Counted from the first letter of the stretch, positions 27,314 to 40,255 are shown. The stretch: 64,000 bases of DNA from Octopus vulgaris (GCA_951406725.2 OX597814.1:178002001-178066000); one strand, 5' to 3'. Translations and numbers: made by a program. Notes: generated from the sequence alone by a model not told the origin.

Positions 27314-28746
27314 GGTATCTACACTCCATCCGAATGTTGGTAATTTTTTAAACAAAACATTGCTTACAACTCCATTCAGGCAACCAGGCACATAGTTAAT
27401 TTTTATCGATTCTTGTATATGAAAGGTATGGCGTCGCCTTAAATATAAAAGGGAAACGAAGCTTCAAATTTATTTGAATTCAGTATCTATGAAAATGAAA
27501 TTAAATATCAGATGCATATAGTCATAGGTTTCACTATTTTCGGTTTGACTATTTTGACCTAGGGAACCAGTGAAAATGGGGGCGATCCAATACCTCATTA
27601 GAGGAATTACTAAGCGTAGCATTTTGAATCAAGCTATATAATAATATGATAAAATTCAAAGAAATAATCAATTAATTTCCTACTTTATTCAAAATCTAAT
27701 TAAAACCTTTAATTTTAATTAATGTATCAACGTTATGGAATTTAATGCACCTTCTTAAACGCTGATAATTTTTTTATACTTTTATATTTATTTATTAACA
27801 AATTGTTCGTTCCATAAATTCCAAATACAAGTGTTCGTGATTTCACGTCCTGATGGTTATATGTCTCTCTCCCTCCTTCTGCCTCTCTATTTCATATCCA
27901 CTGCATAGAATATGATAAGACGCACATTGGACTTGTATTACTATGTAGCCTTTATCGAAGATGGCCGTATCGCACAACGGCAAATAGCGTGCTATTGAAT
28001 GCACAAGGTAATAAGGGAATAATTTATTTCTCTCAGCAACATTCGGAAAGACCAGAGGCCATCACTAGATGTGCACAAAAAACAATTCAGCAAGATTTTA
28101 CAAATGTCTGTTCTTGAAAATGAAGCGCCTTCATATCATTCACACCTAAGCGAACCGGAGGACATTGGAACAATAGCAATTCTAGCATCACTTAAAACAA
28201 ATAAATAAATAAAACCATTAATTATTTTATAATGCGGTGCTTTAGAATAACTTAGCAAACCATTCTCCGGAAAATTTGCTCATCCATGGCCTTGCAATAT
28301 TTTTCTGATACACATTCAAGCTATATTAACATAGTTTGCTGGCATCCCTCCATGTAATTCTACTATTCGTACGGCAAATGATAAGGGAGTGAGAATCATT
28401 CATATTGAAATTAAAATTAAAATGTTTAGGTAGGTAGATTCTTGTAGAAAATGATATCACACATACATGCAAATATTCTACACATCTGCATTCGAATAAC
28501 CACCTTTGACGTACACATACATCGTAAAACACAGACGAAAAGGACACATTGAAATAATGGCAGATGAATATTTCAATAGATTGGTATTGTTACACACACA
28601 TTTATATACATATGTTTTTATCTATATATGTATATACGTATATAGATATACAACTATATATGTATATGCATATGAATATTTATGGGTATATATATACATA
28701 TATATATGTGTGTATGTGAATATATGTATGTATATAAGTATAAATA

Positions 28747-29304
28747 TATGATCCAGGGTTCGAGGTGTGGGAAGAAATTTGGCTAGTTAGATTCAAGCAA
28801 TCCGTAGTAAATATAAAAAAACAACTTTCAGGGACAATAGTGGTTTATTGAGACGAAAGGTTGTGGACAAAAAGTTTCGTATCTGACTGAATCTCTCGTG
28901 TGTTGACATGTACCTGCTTGCGACAATGTAAAGGCTCATTTAATCAAGATAACCTTGGCCTGAAGAGTAGCCCCAAGCATACACTTCGCTCGGATAGTTA
29001 CCACTTCTGAAGTTTTGCTCGCTATAAAACATATGTAAAATTCCTAGTTTATAAGGAATAAAATAGAAGATTGAAGGCTTAAATAGAAGAATAGAGTTGC
29101 GAACATTATTCTCCTGTTTACATTCTTTTAACTTTACCCTCTATACCTTCTGCCTTGGTTTTGATTTTTCTTCTAATACAATATATACCTGCTATAAGGG
29201 AACCCTAATACGGATCCCTAGATCTAGCCTTAGCTAGGATCTTGGAACCAAAACGGTCGACCAACTATAGCACTTATTCAGTGTACTTGTTCGTTTAGAT
29301 CACA
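28747..29304. mobile_element. Possible solo LTR
   Basis: Non-repetitive island between TA-rich tracts with short inverted termini TATGATC/GATCACA and a minus-strand AATAAA near 28845; no TSD seen. Confidence 0.25.
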
Positions 29305-29891
29305 AGTGAACTAAATCCCTCATATTCTGTATGTATATATATAAATATATATGTTTATGTGTGTGAGTATGTGTGTGTGTATGTGCGTGTGTCTGTTTGT
29401 GTGTGTATGTATGAATGTTTGTATGTATGTATACGTATATATCATATGTTTATGTAGGTATATTCGATACAGAAATATACAATTCCCTGCAGGTAAAAGA
29501 TTTTATGTACCGGGAAATCTTCTTCATATACTTTTGGAAAAAGGTCTATCATAAAATAGACATTGTTTGCTTCAGATGTCATAAAAAAGTCAAAATTTCT
29601 ATCCTACGAAAGCGAAAAACAAATAATTGACAATGAAAAACAAAACATAAGGGTTTTTAACCCAGTCGGCTAGAACAAGATATTTTTTTGTTTCCTCTTT
29701 CTGAATACGTATATGGTTAGATATTCACTTGCTGGATTATGGCGTTGTGTATTTATATTTCTCTTTTCGCTTCAATAAAATACATCACTCACTCTGTACA
29801 TCATAGGATACGTTGGATAGCTTCAAAATCACTTTTCATACCGTGTAACATACATAAAACATAGAGAAAGAAGACAGACGCATAATGGCAT

Positions 29892-30015
<124 letters not shown>

Positions 30016-30200
30016 CTGTGTGTATGTGTACGTGTAAGTCTGTGTTTATATCTATCCTACATATTTCTTATCTATATTTTAATTTGTATGACAGTTATTG
30101 ATACAGACATGCATGGATGCATACATATATCTACATAAACACACACACACAAACAAACACATATCTATAGATATACATACATACATACAACAAATTATAG

Positions 30201-30415
30201 ACACATACCAGACACATACACACACGTTCACACACACATACCAGACACATGCATACACGTTCACACACACATGCCAGACATATACATACACGTTCACACA
30301 CACATACCAGACACATACATACACGTTCACACACACACACACACATACCAGACACATGCATACGTGTTCACACACACACATACCAGACACATACACACAC
30401 GTTCAGACACGCAGA
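30201..30415. repeat. 33-bp minisatellite built on a CA-rich background
   Basis: CCAGAC recurs at 30208, 30241, 30274, 30307, 30348 and 30383; unit ATACCAGACACATACACACACGTTCACACACAC. Confidence 0.9.
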
Positions 30416-30417
30416 TA

Positions 30418-30488
<71 letters not shown>

Positions 30489-31110
30489 ATCAATGATCTC
30501 GTTCCACAATTTTTTCTGGTTTCAGTTTTCATATTTAACTTAATTTTCAGGCGCTAAAAGTGATCTCTTGCTTGTACTTTTTTTCATTGGAGAACAATCG
30601 TATAACAATATATTCTGATTTAGCGTATAATACTAAAGATGGAAACAGGGCACTGTGCTTCTTTCATATTAACACAGCTAGAGATGGTTTATTTTCCCTT
30701 GATAACATTGAAATGTTGCAACATATTGAACTATGTATGAACAAATACATGAAGAATACTATAATAATTCAAATATCTGAATATAGCACGAAATGAGAAT
30801 AAATAGAAAAAAGATCTTGAGAAGCATGTAGGTGTTCTGAAAATAATATATTCAGTTTTGGTTGCGTAAAACTAGAAACAAATGGTATAAGTGTTATATA
30901 GTGAAAATAGATTATTTATTAAAAAGAATACATAAGTTCTGTAGAAGTACATTCATGTCTTGTAGTGTAAACAACCAATACATTAGTATTTCCCTATCAT
31001 AGTGACGCCATTTGCTAAAGGTCTCTGAACCTGCATCTATATCATTTGCTGAAGTGTTAACGTTCTGCAATATGAATAGCTTTTCGACTCTTTGTGTGTA
31101 TGTATGAATG

Positions 31111-31197
<87 letters not shown>

Positions 31198-31538
31198 GAA
31201 ATATGTTACGAAAAGAAAATATAAAATGCACGTGGAAATGTAAGGGTAAAATATGAAAAAATCAACGAAAATGCATATTGCAAATAGAAAAAGGGTATTT
31301 ATGACAGGTAGTGACAAATATATACATTTAGATTGACTGAGGTTGTAATACGTGTCATAAAGGTCATTATTATGAGATGATTATAAAGTGATAATAAAGT
31401 AAGAGAACAAAACGAACCAATGGTTGGCGTGATATATATATAGGGGAGGAAAATTAAAGAAATTTCCTATCAGGTGTCTTGTTAGGGTCACTGCTTTTGT
31501 GTTTAAACGTACACTAATATATATATATATATACAGAG

Positions 31539-31581
<43 letters not shown>

Positions 31582-31639
31582 TAGTACATACATACATATA
31601 TATATACTTATATGTATGCGATACATACATACTTTCATT

Positions 31640-32757
31640 TATATATGGAGAAAAGGTAATTAAAATTCATCAGAATATCAGATCTATCGGACTTCCAAAG
31701 AGGTCGAATTGTCTGTGTTCCTATGGCAGGCGCTTGTGTAACCAAAGCAGCCGAAATGTTTGGTGTATCAAGAAGTACTGTCTCGAAAGTTATGACAGCC
31801 TTCGAGAAAGAGGGGAAAACCTCCTCGTCGAAACAAGACTCCGGAAGAAAACCCAAAATTTCAGATAGGGACCATCGGACTCTTATGTGAATTTTTAGAA
31901 AGGATGACAAAAGTACAGCTCCCGAAATTTCTGCTGAGCTTAATGACCACTTCGAGAACTCAGTTTTCACAAAAACTGTTCACCGGGAGCTGCACAAAGC
32001 CGAATTGAATGGGAGGGCTGCAATCAGAAAACCACTACTTTTAAAAACAAATATTGCAAAGCGTTTTGAGTTCAGTAAAAACCAGATTTGGTCCCTAGAG
32101 CAGTGGAAGAATGTTCTTTTCTCGGATGAGTCATCCTTTACCTTATTTCCCACCACCGGCCGAATATACGTGTGGAGACAGCCAAAGGATGCATTTGACC
32201 CAGCCTGCCTTCTTCCAACTGTTAAACATGGAGGAGAATCTGTGATAATCGTGGGGGTACTGTATCTTGGAAATCCGCCGTTCCAATGGTTTTCCTTCAT
32301 GGCAGAAGTAATAATCAAAACTATTTAAGCATTTTATCTGATTAAATTCATCCTAAGGTTACGGAACAATTTCCGGAGGGAAACGCAATCTTTCAGGATG
32401 ATGATGTACCAATTCAAACAGCTAAATTTGTTACTGAATGACACGAGGAGTATTCTAGTGAAGTTGGACATCTTATCTGGCCACCACAGCTCCCAGATCT
32501 CAATATTATTGAACATTTATGGTGCATTTTAGAAAAACAAGTAAGGAGTCTATCTTCCTCTTTCATCACTACAAGAACTGGAGACAGTTTTAGCTGAAGA
32601 AAGGACAAAATTTCCTTTGAAGACAATCCAAACTTTGTACGAGTTCATACCTCGTAGATTTCAATCTGCAATTACTGCCAAATGCGGTCCTACCCTATAT
32701 GAAAAGAAATTTGTTTCAAATTTTAAGGTGTTTCCATTATTTTGTCCAACTCCTGTA
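31640..32757 (+). mobile_element. Tc1-like transposon remnant: near-complete transposase pseudogene with DD36E spacing and right TIR
   Basis: SDLSDFQRGRIV...GVSRSTVSKV (HTH), SGRKPK, WKNVLFSDES, TVKHGG, FQDDDVP...WPPQLPDLNIIEHLW; start codon mutated to ATA (31675), stops and frameshift; ends TTATTTTGTCCAACTCCTG-TA. Confidence 0.92.
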
Positions 32758-32787
32758 CATATATGTGTATATATACGTGTATGTATA

Positions 32788-32837
<50 letters not shown>

Positions 32838-32984
32838 TAAGAGAGTGGTCACTATATTGCTCACTCTAGCACCAGTTAATCCAAAAGGTTTCAACCACGA
32901 AAATACATGCTTACCATGAAAGTCAGTACGATTGTTAGCTCACACGGACAGGGCAAATAAAAAATAACAAAAATACAGATTATT

Positions 32985-33062
32985 TTGGGACAATTGTTTC
33001 GCTATTAATGAATTAAATGTAATTTTACTTACAAAAAAATCCATTTGTAGCTCGTCAGCCAA
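32985..33062 (-). ncRNA. Type I hammerhead ribozyme motif (array copy 1)
   Basis: Reverse complement reads TTGG-CTGACGA-GCTA...TAGC-GAAA-CAATTG-TC-CCAA. Confidence 0.85.
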
Positions 33063-33519
33063 GACTATCTGGATGAAATCCACTCAATCACACGCCAGAT
33101 TTTACCATAACGATAAATACGCGTGTGGTTCAATTGATTACATCCGACGTTATAATTCAAATGCCCCAACCAACAGCGCGCCAAACTCTCACGGAAAACA
33201 AATACAGCATTTAGAAATAAATGCAGCATAATTATAATTAATTAATAAGGGTGAGAGAATTAGATACTAATTTAATAGTATATTTATTCAACACCAAGTG
33301 GCCTAGTGCTTCGAGAAACCTGGATTATTATAATATTTTATAACATATTATAATATTTTTACAAAATAAATATAAGAGAGTGGTCACTATATTGCTCACT
33401 CTAGCACCAGTTAATCCAAAAGGTTTCAACCACGAAAATACATGCTTACCATGAAAGTCAGTACGATTGTTAGCTCACACGGACAGGGCAAATAAAAAAT
33501 AACAAAAATACAGATTATT

Positions 33520-33598
33520 TTGGGACAATTGTTTCGCTATTAATGAATTAAATGTAATTTTACTTACAAAAAAAATCCATTTGTAGCTCGTCAGCCAA
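33520..33598 (-). ncRNA. Type I hammerhead ribozyme motif (array copy 2)
   Basis: Same motif as copy 1. Confidence 0.85.
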
Positions 33599-33952
33599 GA
33601 CTATCTGGATGAAATCCACTCAATCACACGCCAGATTTTACCATAACGATAAATACGCGTGTGGTTCAATTGATTACATCCGACGTTATAATTCAAATGC
33701 CCCAACCAACAGCGCGCCAAACTCTCACGGAAAACAAATACAGCATTTAAAAATAAATGCAGCATAATTATAATTAATTAATAAGGGTGAGAGAATTAGA
33801 TACTAATTTAATAGTATATTTATTCAACACCAAGTGGCCTAGTGCTTCGAGAAACCTGGATTATTATAATATTTTATAACATATTATAATATTTTTACAA
33901 AATAAATATAAGAGAGTGGTCACTATATTGCTCACTCTAGCACCAGATAGTC

Positions 33953-34032
33953 TTGGCTGACGAGCTACAAATGGATTTTTTTTTGTAAGTAAAATTACAT
34001 TTAATTCATTAATAGCGAAACAATTGTCCCAA
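33953..34032 (+). ncRNA. Type I hammerhead ribozyme motif (array copy 3), predicted cleavage after C34028
   Basis: TTGG 33953, CTGACGA 33957-33963, GCTA/TAGC stem II, GAAA 34017-34020, palindromic ACAATTGT, GTC triplet, CCAA. Confidence 0.85.
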
Positions 34033-34489
34033 AATAATCTGTATTTTTGTTATTTTTTATTTGCCCTGTCCGTGTGAGCTAACAATCGTACTGACTTTCA
34101 TGGTAAGCATGTATTTTCGTGGTTGAAACCTTTTGGATTAACTGGTGCTAGAGTGAGCAATATAGTGACCACTCTCTTATATTTATTTTGTAAAAATATT
34201 ATAATATGTTATAAAATATTATAATAATCCAGGTTTCTCGAAGCACTAGGCCACTTGGTGTTGAATAAATATACTATTAAATTAATATCTAATTCTCTCA
34301 CCCTTATTAATTAATTATAATTATGCTGCATTTATTTCTAAATGCAGTATTTGTTTTCCGTGAGAGTTTGGCGCGCTGTTGGTTGGGGCATTTGAATTAT
34401 AACGTCGGATGTAATCAATTGAACCACACGCGTATTTATCGTTATGGTAAAATCTGGCGTGTGATTGAGTGGATTTCATCCAGATAGTC

Positions 34490-34567
34490 TTGGCTGACGA
34501 GCTACAAATGGATTTTTTTGTAAGTAAAATTACATTTAATTCATTAATAGCGAAACAATTGTCCCAA
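34490..34567 (+). ncRNA. Type I hammerhead ribozyme motif (array copy 4), predicted cleavage after C34563
   Basis: CTGACGA 34494-34500, GAAA 34552-34555, same stems as copy 3. Confidence 0.85.
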
Positions 34568-35327
34568 AATAATCTGTATTTTTGTTATTTTTTATTTGCC
34601 CTGTCCGTGTGAGCTAACAATCGTACTGACTTTCATGGTAAGCATGTATTTTCGTGGTTGAAACCTTTTGGATTAACTGGTGCTAGAGTGAGCAATATAG
34701 TGACCACTCTCTTATATTTATTTTGTAAAAATATTATAATATGTTATAAAATATTATAATAATCCAGGTTTCTCGAAGCACTAGGCCACTTGGTGTTGAA
34801 TAAATATACTATTAAATTAGTATCTAATTCTCTCACCCTTATTAATTAATTATATATATATATATATATATATATTGTACATATATATATTATACATATA
34901 TATATAGGTATGTATGTAAGTATGTATGTATCTATCGCATTTTTTGTTGTATTTGAATATTCAGTGACCTATGTTCCTATAATTTCTTGAAGTGAAATAT
35001 CACCGTATTTGGAGGACAGATTTTCGTTGTACTCAATATATAACGCTGGCAGAATGAAGCGAACAGATTATGAATTAACTTGCTCAGTAAACAGACAGAA
35101 TGTTTATAACCCCCCCCCCCCCGCCCACCCAAAAATGGAGAACCCCCAAATGCATCTTACCTTAAGTGAATATATTAGAATATGTTTTTCGTATTACTTT
35201 CAAGGGTCAAAATGGGATTATGTTGGTTGTATATTCACATATTTATGTGAATTATGTCTTATCAAAAGCATGCTTCTACGTCTCTTTCTTCCTCACTATA
35301 TACACACACACACGTATATGTGTGTAT

Positions 35328-35395
<68 letters not shown>

Positions 35396-35571
35396 GAAAG
35401 AGAGAGAGAGAGAGACAGAAAGAGTGAGAGAGAGCTTTTACGAATGAAACATAAATTATAAAACGTAGTTTAGATATCGTATAGAAGAAAATTAGACGGG
35501 ACCAGTAGACGCCCATTGATCATTGATATACTTCATATACATAGGAAAAATTACAAAAATAAAATGAAATA

Positions 35572-35577
35572 ATACTG

Positions 35578-35642
<65 letters not shown>
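35572..35642. repeat. (TAA)n microsatellite
   Basis: Read directly. Confidence 0.97.
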
Positions 35643-36132
35643 TTTCTTACAAATGACACATATACATGTAAAGTTTCAGTACACTGGCACGCTCAGAGAA
35701 ATATTGCTAACGAAAATTGCGAAGCGAACAGTGATATACATGCAGTCTGAATGCGAACAAAACAAAAATAGAAAACAATGGAAAACACACGGAAAATGTT
35801 ATTATATCGTGATTAAAGCACATCACTTCCATGGACGGTATTAGAAGGTTTCCGACGGAATGTAATATTAGCATTAAACAAAGGGTGTTATATGACAGAA
35901 GTTGTATATTATATTGATGCTGGTATATCCATGCCTACATACATGTACTCATATGCGGACATATATGTATATATCTAGAATTCATTCTATCTATTCATAT
36001 GTAAATGCAAAGACATATATGTATATGTAAGTGTGTGAGTGTGTGTGCGTGTCTTCGAGCGTGTGTGTGGGTTTGTGTGTGTTGGAGGTCCATGCGTCAA
36101 TTTGTGTGCATTTATGTACCTATGTAGGCAGG

Positions 36133-36531
36133 TATTTCTTTATTGCCCACAAGGGGCTAAACATAGTGGGGACAAACAAGGACAGATAAACAGATTAAGC
36201 TGATTACAACGACCCCAGTGCGTAACTGGTTCTTAATTTATCGACCTCGAAAGGATGAAAGGCAAAGTCGACCTCGGCAGAATTTGAACTCAGAACGTAA
36301 CGGCAAACGGAATACCTATTTCTTTACTATCCACAAGGGGCTAAACACAGAGAGGACAAACAAGGACAGACAAACGGATTAAGTCGATTGCAACGACCCC
36401 AGTGGGTAACTGGTACTTAATTTTAAAGGCAAAGTCGATCTCGGCGGAATTTGAACTCAGAACGTAGCGGCAAACGAAATACCGCTAAGCATTTGGCCCG
36501 GCCTGCTAACGTTTCTGCCAGCTCACCGCCT
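36133..36531 (-). mobile_element. OK-like SINE with a head and two tandem bodies
   Basis: Head CTGCCAGCTCACCGCC at the right; body repeated with the junction GAATACCTATTTC near 36310. Confidence 0.9.
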
Positions 36532-36775
36532 ACATAGATAGGTAGGTAGGTTAGTTAGATGTGGCCTGTTATGTAGTGCGGGTAGAGAAAATATTTCTAA
36601 ATATTTTGAAACGATCTTCGTATATTACTAGCCAAACGAAGACAGCAGTAAAGAGTTTCTCGACTTAATAGATATAGCAACAAATTCTACCTTAAAACTT
36701 ATTCTAATGCTTTTCTGAAATATAACATATTCTTACTTGAAACCATGAGATTTTGTGCCTATCATATTTTTTCAT

Positions 36776-37056
36776 TCTTTTACTTGTTTTATCATTTGAC
36801 TGCAGCGATGCTGGAGCAACACCTTTAGTCGAACAAATCGATCCCAGGGCATATTTTTGTAAGCCTAGTACTTATACTAGCCTTACGTTTGCCGAACCGC
36901 TAGTTTACGGGGAGGTAATCACACCAACATTGGTCTAGTGATGGTAGGGGAAGGAACACAGCTACAAAAACATAAACCGAAGCTATCGCAGAAAACAGTT
37001 GCCCAAGTTGCCACGCAGTGGGACTGAATCCAGAAACAAGTTGTTTGGAAGCAAGA
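36776..37056 (-). mobile_element. Diverged OR-like SINE
   Basis: Homologous to 9556-9935 (TTTGCCGAACCGC, TTGCCCAAG.TGCCACGCAGTGG.ACTGAA). Confidence 0.8.
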
Positions 37057-37062
37057 TCAAAA

Positions 37063-37258
37063 TAATCCTATCTTCTATAGACACAAGGCGTGAAATTTAG
37101 TAGGAAGGGACTAGTCGATTACATCAATCCCAGTGCTAGACTGGTCCTTATTTTTATTGGCTCCGAAAGGATGAAAGGCAAAGTCGACCCCGGCAGTATT
37201 TAAACTTCTAACGTAAAGACGGCGAAATGCCGCTAAGCAACTCTGTCATCTCGCCGAC
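37063..37258 (-). mobile_element. OK-related SINE subfamily with an alternative 3' tail
   Basis: GAAAGGATGAAAGGCAAAGTCGACCCCGGC core; tail related to 47175-47392 and 54111-54296. Confidence 0.8.
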
Positions 37259-38112
37259 TTTGGAGACATCAGTATAATACGCACCGATTTCTATTATTGT
37301 TAAGTCCAGGTAACTTTTTATGGGACAGATATATGTTTGATGGATGTCTAAAAGTGATAATTATGACTTGTCTCCAGTTATAGTTTGTCTTCATCTTAAA
37401 GGTATGTATTCCTCTCTCTTCTAACTTTACCTCTCTCTCTCTCTCATGTAATGGTACTCCCACATTCTATGTCGATGCAAACATCAAATATCCTTAGACA
37501 ATCATATAAAGGAGTTTCTAGAAACTGGATATTGCAAATATGATGCTTCACAAAGAGCCTTAACATTGCACACCGTAAGTAATTTACTTCAGCTGATAAC
37601 TAAATCCTCATTGTGGTGATATCAATTATAAAGAAGTTTGACATTTTGTTCTTTGTAAATAAACAGAGGATTACAAAAATGAAGCAATATTTAGTTGTTT
37701 GTTCTTTTGGTTTTGCATACTACCAAGAACATTGGGATAATTTTCAGAGAGAAGATAATGTTTCCCATGAATATTTTTTACAACGTGATGCTTACTAAAC
37801 ATTGTTTCTGATAAAAGTAAAGTTACTTGCCTCTCGCTGCTACTGCAGCTTTACGATAGAAGCGAAATTAGCTGTTAAGAAAATGCAGTGCATATACGGT
37901 GTACCTTAGTTTGAAGATTTTGTGAATTTAATCACGGAGTCATGTTCCTCAATCTGAATTATCTTGATATGTCAGCACAAATGTAGGAGTGACTTATATA
38001 TTCTCCTGGCAAGCAGGTTGATGAAAACAGCATACATTGAAAACTTGCTGTTGGAAGTCATTCATCTTGGACATACAGGGTAATGAATGACAGCAATTCC
38101 AGTGTCAAAATA

Positions 38113-38899
38113 TACGAAGCGCGTTCAAAAAGTACCCAACTTTATTGCTTTCCGTTCAAGCTAATGCCGTTTGGATAAAATCCTTTGAATGGGTGGTGAC
38201 GCCCCCTTTTTCTGCATTTCTGAAAATTTTCGTGCCGGTAGGCTGTGTCAGTTCTCGGCTGTCACGCCGAAAATATAGACATGTAGTGCGCGCTCGTCGG
38301 ATTTTAACCGAATGAATCGAGCAGAGATATTCTGTCACGTTTTGCTGGTGATACTCAAGTTCGACGATCTAAAAGATTAAACAGACCTTTGACGATGATG
38401 TCAAAGGCAAAACTCAGTTCAAGGAGTGGTACAACCATTCCAAACATGTCCACATCTCAGTGGAGCATGAGGTGCTCTTAGACAAGTCATCCACAAGCCG
38501 AAACAAACATGGCGAATAGTCATGGAAGACGGTCACGTAACAATCCAGGAATTTGCCCACGAAGTTGGAATAAACGCAGGATTAGATAATTCTATTTAAA
38601 TGGAGCTTTTGTTAATGCGGAGAGTTTCGGCGAAATTCGTAACCAAGGACTGGCAGAGCAGCAGAAGCAACTCCGCATGAAAATCAAACTACGACCCAGG
38701 CTTCATGAAGACCATCGTAACTGGTGATGAGTCATGAGTTTATTGTCTCTGTTTCATGCGTTCTGTCATAATGCGTGAAATCGTAACAGGCGGAAACTGG
38801 CGTGGCCTATGGCGAGAAAATTTGATGTGTGCACAGGAAAAGTGGCATTACCTCCCTTCCAAACGACCATGCACAGATACGTTTTGACCGCACCTCGTA
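38113..38899 (+). mobile_element. Mariner-family remnant: N-terminal half of the transposase bounded by TIRs and TA
   Basis: TACGAAGCGCGTTCAAAAAGTA / TACGTTTTGACCGCACCTCGTA termini; IEQRYS, KEWYNHFK, MRRVSAKFV, FMKTIVTGDES*VY. Confidence 0.85.
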
Positions 38900-39353
38900 T
38901 TTGATACTTTAAACTAAAATAGGTGATGGTATTATTGAATAAGTTTAAAGATAAAATAACATGCACAGGATTGACAAGATCGTTCTTATGAACTTGAAGA
39001 ATGAAAAGAAAAAAGCGAAATCGTAATGACCTCCAACTTTTGCCTGAGGAAATGAGCACTCGTATAAATATCCCGCTTAAAATCCATGGATTTTTGCATA
39101 TCATATTTGCAATATCCTTTGGATGGGGAATGCAACAACTAAAGCATGGAGTTTGTGAAAATGTACGTCGCGATGCTATGAAAGATTTATGAATTTCCAT
39201 CCAAGAGTTCTTGCAATTACTGTAGCCGCACCAGACCAACAACATTTCAATAAAAATACTCAGGAAAATGGGAACAATAAGCGGTAGCCGCAGTAAATAG
39301 CAGAAGAGCTTTTATGAACGCACTCCAAAACTTTTCACATATATGAACTTAAA

Positions 39354-39413
<60 letters not shown>

Positions 39414-40211
39414 ATGTGTGTGTATGTGTGTGTATGTGTGTGTATGTGTGTGTATGTGTGTGTGCATGGGTGTTTGTGTGTGTGCACGTGTGTGTGCGCA
39501 CACGTGCGTACGTGACAGCGTGTGAGCGTGCGTATAAATGTGTATATTTAATTGAATTCTACGAATAGATGTTTTAGACTGTACATGTGTACTTGATTTA
39601 ATCAATGTCCGTTCGTTATATTCAATTAAAACATTTTTATAAGTAAAGTTATAAGTAAATTTAATGCGCATATCGATGTGTGTGTGTGCATATGTGTTGT
39701 TTACAGATTGCTTAGATATTTCATTTAAATTTTTATTTAATTATGTTAACTTAACTGTCTCCTCCCGCCCTCTCCCTCTCTCTCTCTATATATATATAAT
39801 ATCTATATATGTGTGTGTGTTTCTGTATATTTGTGTGCATGTATATTAAAGAAATGTATTAAAAAAATTGACGTAAAAAAATATATAGACAAAATTAAAC
39901 AGTGATCAGCAAAGCCATTTAATACACTTCAAAATAAATTGCCATAAACTTCTAATCATTTTAGACAATATAAATAAGCATCTTTGTCAGCAGAAAGAAG
40001 AAACCTTATGTTTCAATTTATCATATTATGTTCCGTGCTATACAGTCTCCCTCCTTCCCTCACACCTCGCAAGATGTCTGAATTGCTGTTTACATCGACA
40101 TTTTTCTCACCCTTTCATTGTCTGCCTCTTTGCCCGTCTGTTTTTGTCTCTGTCTCTCTATCCCTCTCCCGATCATACATGAACAAATATATGCATGCAT
40201 GCATGCATATA

Positions 40212-40255
40212 TACATACATACATACATACATACATACATACATACATACATACA

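Larger units (their letters stand above)
32829..34853. mobile_element. Retrozyme/PLE-pLTR-like array: 535-537-bp unit, ~2.1 direct copies then ~1.7 inverted copies, in (TA)n
   Basis: GAGAGTGGTC at 32841, 33376, 33912; inversion junction with CCAG microhomology at 33943-33946; CCAGATAGTC at 33943 and 34480; copies nearly identical; no credible coding ORF. Confidence 0.93.

Noticed and set aside
38766-39245. 159-aa minus-strand ORF as a gene
   Set aside because: Its 3' part runs through the mariner inverted end; the rest has only weak transposase-like words.
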